Positions 59,101 to 64,000 of a DNA stretch of 64,000 nucleotides are shown here, one piece after another (position 1 is the first letter of the stretch; every line of letters begins with the position of its first letter). Below the pieces are notes generated by a model. The model worked only from the letters and a program-made list of their open reading frames with translations, was not told the origin of the DNA and did not search any database. This DNA is from Macrostomum lignano (taxonomy: Eukaryota). The stretch spans positions 62,001 to 126,000 of the forward strand of contig NIVC01000863.1 of assembly GCA_002269645.1 (NCBI GenBank), written 5' to 3'. Both the position numbers and the translations under genes were made by a program.

Positions 59101-61585
59101 CCCCCTCCCAACTCTCTCCACAATGAGTTCATTCCCGTCAGTTCCTCTTCTGAGTTTCAGATTCCCATCCAACACCGGAGATTACGTAATTTGCTCTCCC
59201 TCTCAAGTCAAGTATTGGAAGTGAGAATTAGTTTACTGCAGCGGACCCGTAGCAAAGTAATGGCAAGGAGATTCATGCATAATTCAATACGACCTTGGTC
59301 CCCCACAGATTTTTTACACTAATTTACATTGCATAGTAGCTATTATGTTGTACAATGCTGAGTAATAAACTCCTTTCTGAATAAATTATCTATGACGAGT
59401 TAGAAACCAGAAAGATATTTGGTAAAACAAATACATTAAAAATACAGTACGGAGTGAATTAATAATAATACAGTAATAATAATTTATTACACCTGCCCTA
59501 ATGTTCAGATATGCAACCGACAGCTCAGCCGCAGCTATTGCGCGGCGCATCTGAAGGCTGCGTACGGCTGTTCAGTCCAAGGACTGGGGGGGTCGCCACA
59601 CACCCTCAATTACCCCAGCTAATGCTGGCACCCATTTTACAGCTGGGTGAGCTGAAGCAATGCAGAGTTAAGTGTCTTGATCAAGGACACAAATTGTTCC
59701 AGTGGAATTGGGAATCGAACCCTCGACCTTTAAGTCACGAGTCCAACGCTCTAACCACTAGGCTACAACCACCCCCCCCACTAGGCTACAGTTTATGACT
59801 GTGGTGTCATGGCGACCTACTGACTCTGATTTAAGGGGCCAGATACTGCCTGCATGAAATTCATATTCCAGTATGCAGCCAATGATTTAAAAAACTTTTG
59901 AGCTTTGAGAATTTTGATATCAGAGTCCTACTTAAAAATAGTTTAATAATCCAGTTTATATGAGTAGTCAGAATACACTGCTGCTCATTGATGATGAAGC
60001 TGGAAGCATATTGAAGATAAAATGCTACGATAGTGGTTCATTTTCAAGTATTGCATACAAAATAGTCAAGGGCACTATAGGGGATTACGATATTCTATAG
60101 TTCAGGGTCATTGTGACCCACAGGTCATCTAGGGTCAAGACAATTAAAGTCTTAATGAGTTTATGAACATTGTGAGCTCAAAGGTCACTATAAGGTCAAG
60201 CCTCAAGGTCATGGTCAGGCTAATAGTCATTCTCCGGCTAAGGTCATTGTCAGACTAAGGTCATTGTCAGGCTAATAGTCATTCTCCGGCTTAAAAGGTC
60301 ATAGTCAGGCAAAGGTCATCGTCAGGCTAATAGTAATTGTCAGGCAAAGGTCATCATCAGGCTAATAGTCACTGTCAGGCTAATAGTAATTGTTTGACTA
60401 AGGTCATTGTCAGTTCAAGGTCACGAACGGGACTCACTCCTTCGTGTCGGTCACCAGCACGCCGGCCTCCTGAATGGTCAGCGTGGCTCGGCACGCGAAG
60501 GTCGGCACGGGCCGCAGGAATGCGGAATCCTCCGATTCGTCCGGGCCGCCCGCCCCGTTGCCCATGAAGTTGAACACCTTCAGCACCGATTTTGTCGGCG
60601 ACCGCTGGTCGGATTTCTCATCACGACGGCTGGCGAAGGCGATCTCGGACAAGCTGGCCGGATCTGAGAAGTCAATGGGCCGGCCCTGGATTAACCAGTC
60701 AATTTGCGCCGGCGGACGCGAGTCCACCAGACAGGCGAACTCGTTAGTGAGGCCCTGGACCGCCTTGCCGCCGCCCGCGCTCGCCACCCAGGGGCCGCGT
60801 AGGATGCGCGGCTTCCGATAGACCCGAAGTTGAACAACTCGAACGTCGATCTGGGCGTCCAAATCTGCGCCGATGGCGGGCAGGCGACCCTGGCAGGCGT
60901 AGGCACCCTCGTCCGACTCCAGGGCTCGCGTCACCAACAGGGTCGATCCGTTGGACCTCACCCGCTCCCTTCCGCCTCCAGCTTTCACATCCGGTATCTT
61001 GCGACGCTCCCGGTACCACGAGATTTGAATGCTGGCTTCGTTTGCGGCTGGCAGCGGCTCGGCCGAGGTGCACACGGCTTTGCCGTCGGAGCCCTGACGG
61101 AGCCACTGCACCGGCGGCGCCGTCAGTCGCAGTCGGCGGGCCACGTCGACCCGAAGGCTTGCCGCGGCGCCCGTCTCTTCGTCTTTGCACACGAAGATGC
61201 CGGCGTGTCGTTCGGGCGACGCTCGCGGCGCAACCAGCAGCGCTGTTGCTAAGCGACCATTGTCGGCGGAGTCGGACAGGACGAAGTCGGCATCGTCCGA
61301 GCTGGAGGAGCCGCTGAAGTGGTCAACCGGGCTGCCGTCCGGTGCGAGCCAGAGCAGGCCGCCGACAGAGGAGTCGCGGCTTCTACGAAGGCAGCAGCTG
61401 AGCAGGAGGCGGTCGCCAGCGAACACCCGCTTGGGCTGGTCGCCGCCGCTGATGCCGGGCTCGTTGAGTGCCGGACAATAAGCCGGCGGGCTGGCGGTTG
61501 CCAGACAGGCAGCGGACAGAACGGCAACGATGGCTAGTAGGGCACCTTCAACAAGTGTTTTCCAAGTCATGATTCGAATGGCCAT
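53114..61585 (-). CDS. NCAM/Fasciclin-2-like cell adhesion molecule: signal peptide, 5 Ig, 2 FN3, probable GPI-anchor signal, about 860 aa
   Basis: Exons 61585-60438, 56646-56396, 54591-53993, 53698-53114 (2583 nt in frame). Ig C..W..D-x-G-x-Y-x-C patterns (DEGAYAC, DGGRYTC, FGRYVC). FN3 motifs LQPNTNYKVYIAARNLAGVG and LLPGAHYEIQVRVGNSLG. Small residues plus a hydrophobic C-terminus with no cytoplasmic tail. The exon 2 acceptor is ambiguous (see findings). Confidence 0.88.
53805..53980. repeat. 15-bp minisatellite (GCTGGCGCCCCTGCT), NCAM-like intron 3
   Basis: Direct. Confidence 0.88.
54720..55210. repeat. 16-bp minisatellite (TTGAGTTTATTGAGAT), NCAM-like intron 2
   Basis: Direct. Confidence 0.92.
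55735..56330. repeat. 21-bp minisatellite (TATCTAACAGGTCGAATTCCA), NCAM-like intron 2; inverted relative of the 52.7-53.1 kb array
   Basis: Direct. Confidence 0.93.
56712..57478. repeat. Homogeneous 14-bp array (GGATCTAGGATCTG), about 55 copies, NCAM-like intron 1
   Basis: Direct. Confidence 0.97.
58015..58705. repeat. Polypyrimidine CTCTCCCTTC-type array, same type as 16.6-17.2 kb
   Basis: Direct. Confidence 0.92.
59510..59770 (-). mobile_element. tRNA-derived SINE with CORE-like central domain
   Basis: Minus strand: GGTTGTAGCCTAGTGGTTAGAGCG (A-box), GGTTCGATTCC (B-box, 59721-59711), then GTGTCCTTGATCAAGACACTTAAC...CTCACCCAGCTGTAAAATGGG, resembling the CORE/MIR domain. The 3' boundary is approximate. 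Confidence 0.75.
60200..60420. repeat. Degenerate about 20-bp repeat (GGTCATTGTCAGGCTAATAGTC) next to the NCAM-like exon 1 donor
   Basis: Direct, imperfect. Confidence 0.7.
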
Positions 61586-63973
61586 TGTTGACCATTAGAG
61601 TCGCGTGTGCGACGGTTTTGATGGCAGAAAGATAAATTTTTAATATTTACCAATCATGTATCATCAAGGCAAAAGATTTAGTTTGTACATGTAGCTAGGA
61701 GCAGTAATATAAGAAGCAGCCTTTTATAAAGACGTAAATAACTATTAAAACGAATTTTCACAGGTTTGCTATTCTTTCAGTTATACAAATAGCATATAAA
61801 ACTTGCCAATCAAAATTAGAAAAAAAAGAATTTAGTGGACTAAATAAATACATATTAATGGATAATAGAATGACACAAAAGTTATAACAGACTATTTTGA
61901 ATCGTCGCATAGCTCTTTAAAACTGTTTTATTTAGGTACTCGTAAATTAACAAAAAGCTTCTAAGGCACCTCAGCCATAGAAGTCAAAACTTTAGCAGTT
62001 TAAATTTGAGCAAAAAAATTAGTAATTATTGCTTTCAACTAGAATATAAACAACAAAATAGGTCAAGGTAAACAAAAATATTACAGCTAAACAAAAAAAT
62101 GCAAATATACATTGTTAATTATTTAACTCAGACTTAGAAACTACACTGAATTTCGCTTCAGAAATGCTAACTTAAGTAATTTTAAAACTTCTTAAAATTA
62201 ATAAGGTTAGGTTTGTGCTGACTTTTGTTTAGATGTTTTACCTTTACCTTTTAGGAACGTTGATAAATTTTAAGCAAATCGCCTCGAGTAAAAAACGAGT
62301 TTAATAACTTTTCTAGTTTATGTCTGTAATTTTTCAATTAAAAAATGGCTTTGAATAAAAAATAACTCGCAATTCACGATATCTTAACTCGACCAATAAA
62401 GTCTGAAGCTTAGGAAAATCGGTTTAAAAAATAGCAGAATCAACTACAAACACATGCCATGATAAAAATTGCTTTAATTTAATAGCGAAACACAGAAAAA
62501 AACTATTTATTAATCTACCGAGATTATATATAAAGATCTAGAGGTTGCTGTGTTAGTCTATAGAGAAGTTTTGTTTTAAATGATGAATTTTGCCATTATT
62601 GTTTTAATAGTCGTTATTAAAAAGTGACTACGTCTATAAATATTTTTGGTAATAAATCGCTAGCTTACCTTCTCATTGTACTTAAGTCATATACACAAAA
62701 AACTTAAGAAATAAATGTATGCAAAAGCAGAGAATTATTTTTGAGTCTTCAAACAAGTACACTTATACACTGTATACTTTGTTGCTCTTTACACATACAT
62801 ATAAAAATATTCAAAAGTTATGTACTATAGGCATGCACCCTGGCGCAACGATGTCAGTAAAATGCCCCACGAACATCGCTGCGAAAATTCTACGAGTATA
62901 CATATTTCGTTGACTGTACATGTACTATAAAGTACATAAAACGTGCATTCATACATGCCGACTAATTGTCAGATAATGTGTAGATCCTGTTGCCTTGAGG
63001 ACTTTACCCTCTTAGACGTGAATAGTTAATTAATTACCCAAATTAATTGATGTGCAGTTAAGTGGCCGCGCGCGAATACGAACCGAGAGGTCGTGGTGCG
63101 GGAGTCAGACCCGTTTAAATGTACCGCGTGTACGCAAACATGTACAAATGCATGTACTGCAAATTTATAGCGTAATTTTTAGAGCTGATCTCATGAGAAT
63201 GAACCTGCGCTGTTCAATTAATCCAAGGTAATGACACCCACGCCTGGTAAAAATTGGCCCACAATTCACTAACGACCGAAGTGAATGTACCGAGCTACAT
63301 ATTTTACATGCATGTGAATTAAACATGCATTCCTGACCATAAATCACCAACTGACTGAGTACGAGTCAATAAAGTCTGACTAGGAAACAAAGTTTTGGTC
63401 TGTCGTAAAAAATTTTTTCGAAGATTTGAAGGCGAAAATAATTATATTACTAATTATAAATTACTATTATTACTATAATAACACAATTACATGTACATGC
63501 AATAAGAAAGCTATATAGCAGCAAATATATTTGGTTAAATTTAAACCGGAAAAAATGAAAAATAAAAAAACGGTTTCAAAAAAACAAGAAGCGCAGGGTT
63601 AGTAAGCCAAAAGGTACTGAAAAAAGTCATAATCAGGTGTAAAATTACGAGGGGTGATTTATCTCTCAGAACAATCATTGAAGAGTTACTTAAACCTTGT
63701 TTCATAAAATTGATGTGGAAGAAGCTTTGAGGAGTTCTTGCCAGGCACAAATGCTACTAACATATGCGCAAAAAAAACAAATAACAACAACAACAACAAC
63801 AACAACAAATTGCCTATTTTACATGTCACCTGCAACCACCCTGAATCGACTCTGGGTCGCTCCTTGGCCTAGGTATACCGTTTTCATTGGGAAATCACAA
63901 AAAAATCAGAAGCTCAGATTGATTCCCAATTCTGAAAATCCCCTTTTTAAATATCGATTTTGCCATTTTGAAG

Positions 63974-64000
63974 AGGTTGTAGCCTAGTGGTCAGAGCGTC
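63974..64000 (+). mobile_element. 5' end of a second copy of the same SINE (or a tRNA), truncated by the window edge
   Basis: GGTTGTAGCCTAGTGGTCAGAGCGTC matches the head of the 59.7 kb element. Confidence 0.55.

Noticed and set aside
58860-59320. Possible decayed domain (SRCR-like or TE) in NCAM-like intron 1
   Set aside because: Only vague resemblance; no conserved cysteine or tryptophan pattern.
59695-59770. Intact tRNA gene
   Set aside because: The acceptor and anticodon stems pair poorly and the sequence continues into a SINE body.

Overview
Eukaryotic (invertebrate animal) genomic DNA, not prokaryotic: spliced GT-AG genes with GC-rich exons, AT-rich spacers and a very high load of mini- and microsatellites. 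The style is reminiscent of the flatworm Macrostomum, but that is inference, not a database result. I reconstructed six protein-coding genes by hand with phase-consistent splice sites: a 3'-truncated SLC6 amino-acid-type transporter (minus), TMEM209 (minus), TMEM184B (plus, head-to-head with TMEM209), a divergent rhodopsin-class peptide-type GPCR with an uninterrupted CDS (plus), a secreted PAN/apple-like + F-type lectin (plus) and an NCAM/Fasciclin-2-like 5xIg+2xFN3 protein with a probable GPI signal (minus). There is also a tRNA-derived CORE-like SINE, the start of a second copy at the window edge, and about 30 tandem arrays. Most long ORFs in the supplied track are translations of these arrays and are artefacts. 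No CRISPR array, rRNA or intact tRNA was found, and I cannot claim a proven new system. The best leads are at the repeat level. Nearly every long intron is inflated by its own minisatellite while the splice margins stay repeat-free. Two intronic arrays in different genes carry the same sense-strand CAATAAACTC (poly(A)-signal) 10-mer. One 21-bp repeat family brackets the last two NCAM-like exons in inverted orientation. A perfect 25-bp inverted repeat sits between the divergent TMEM209 and TMEM184B genes.
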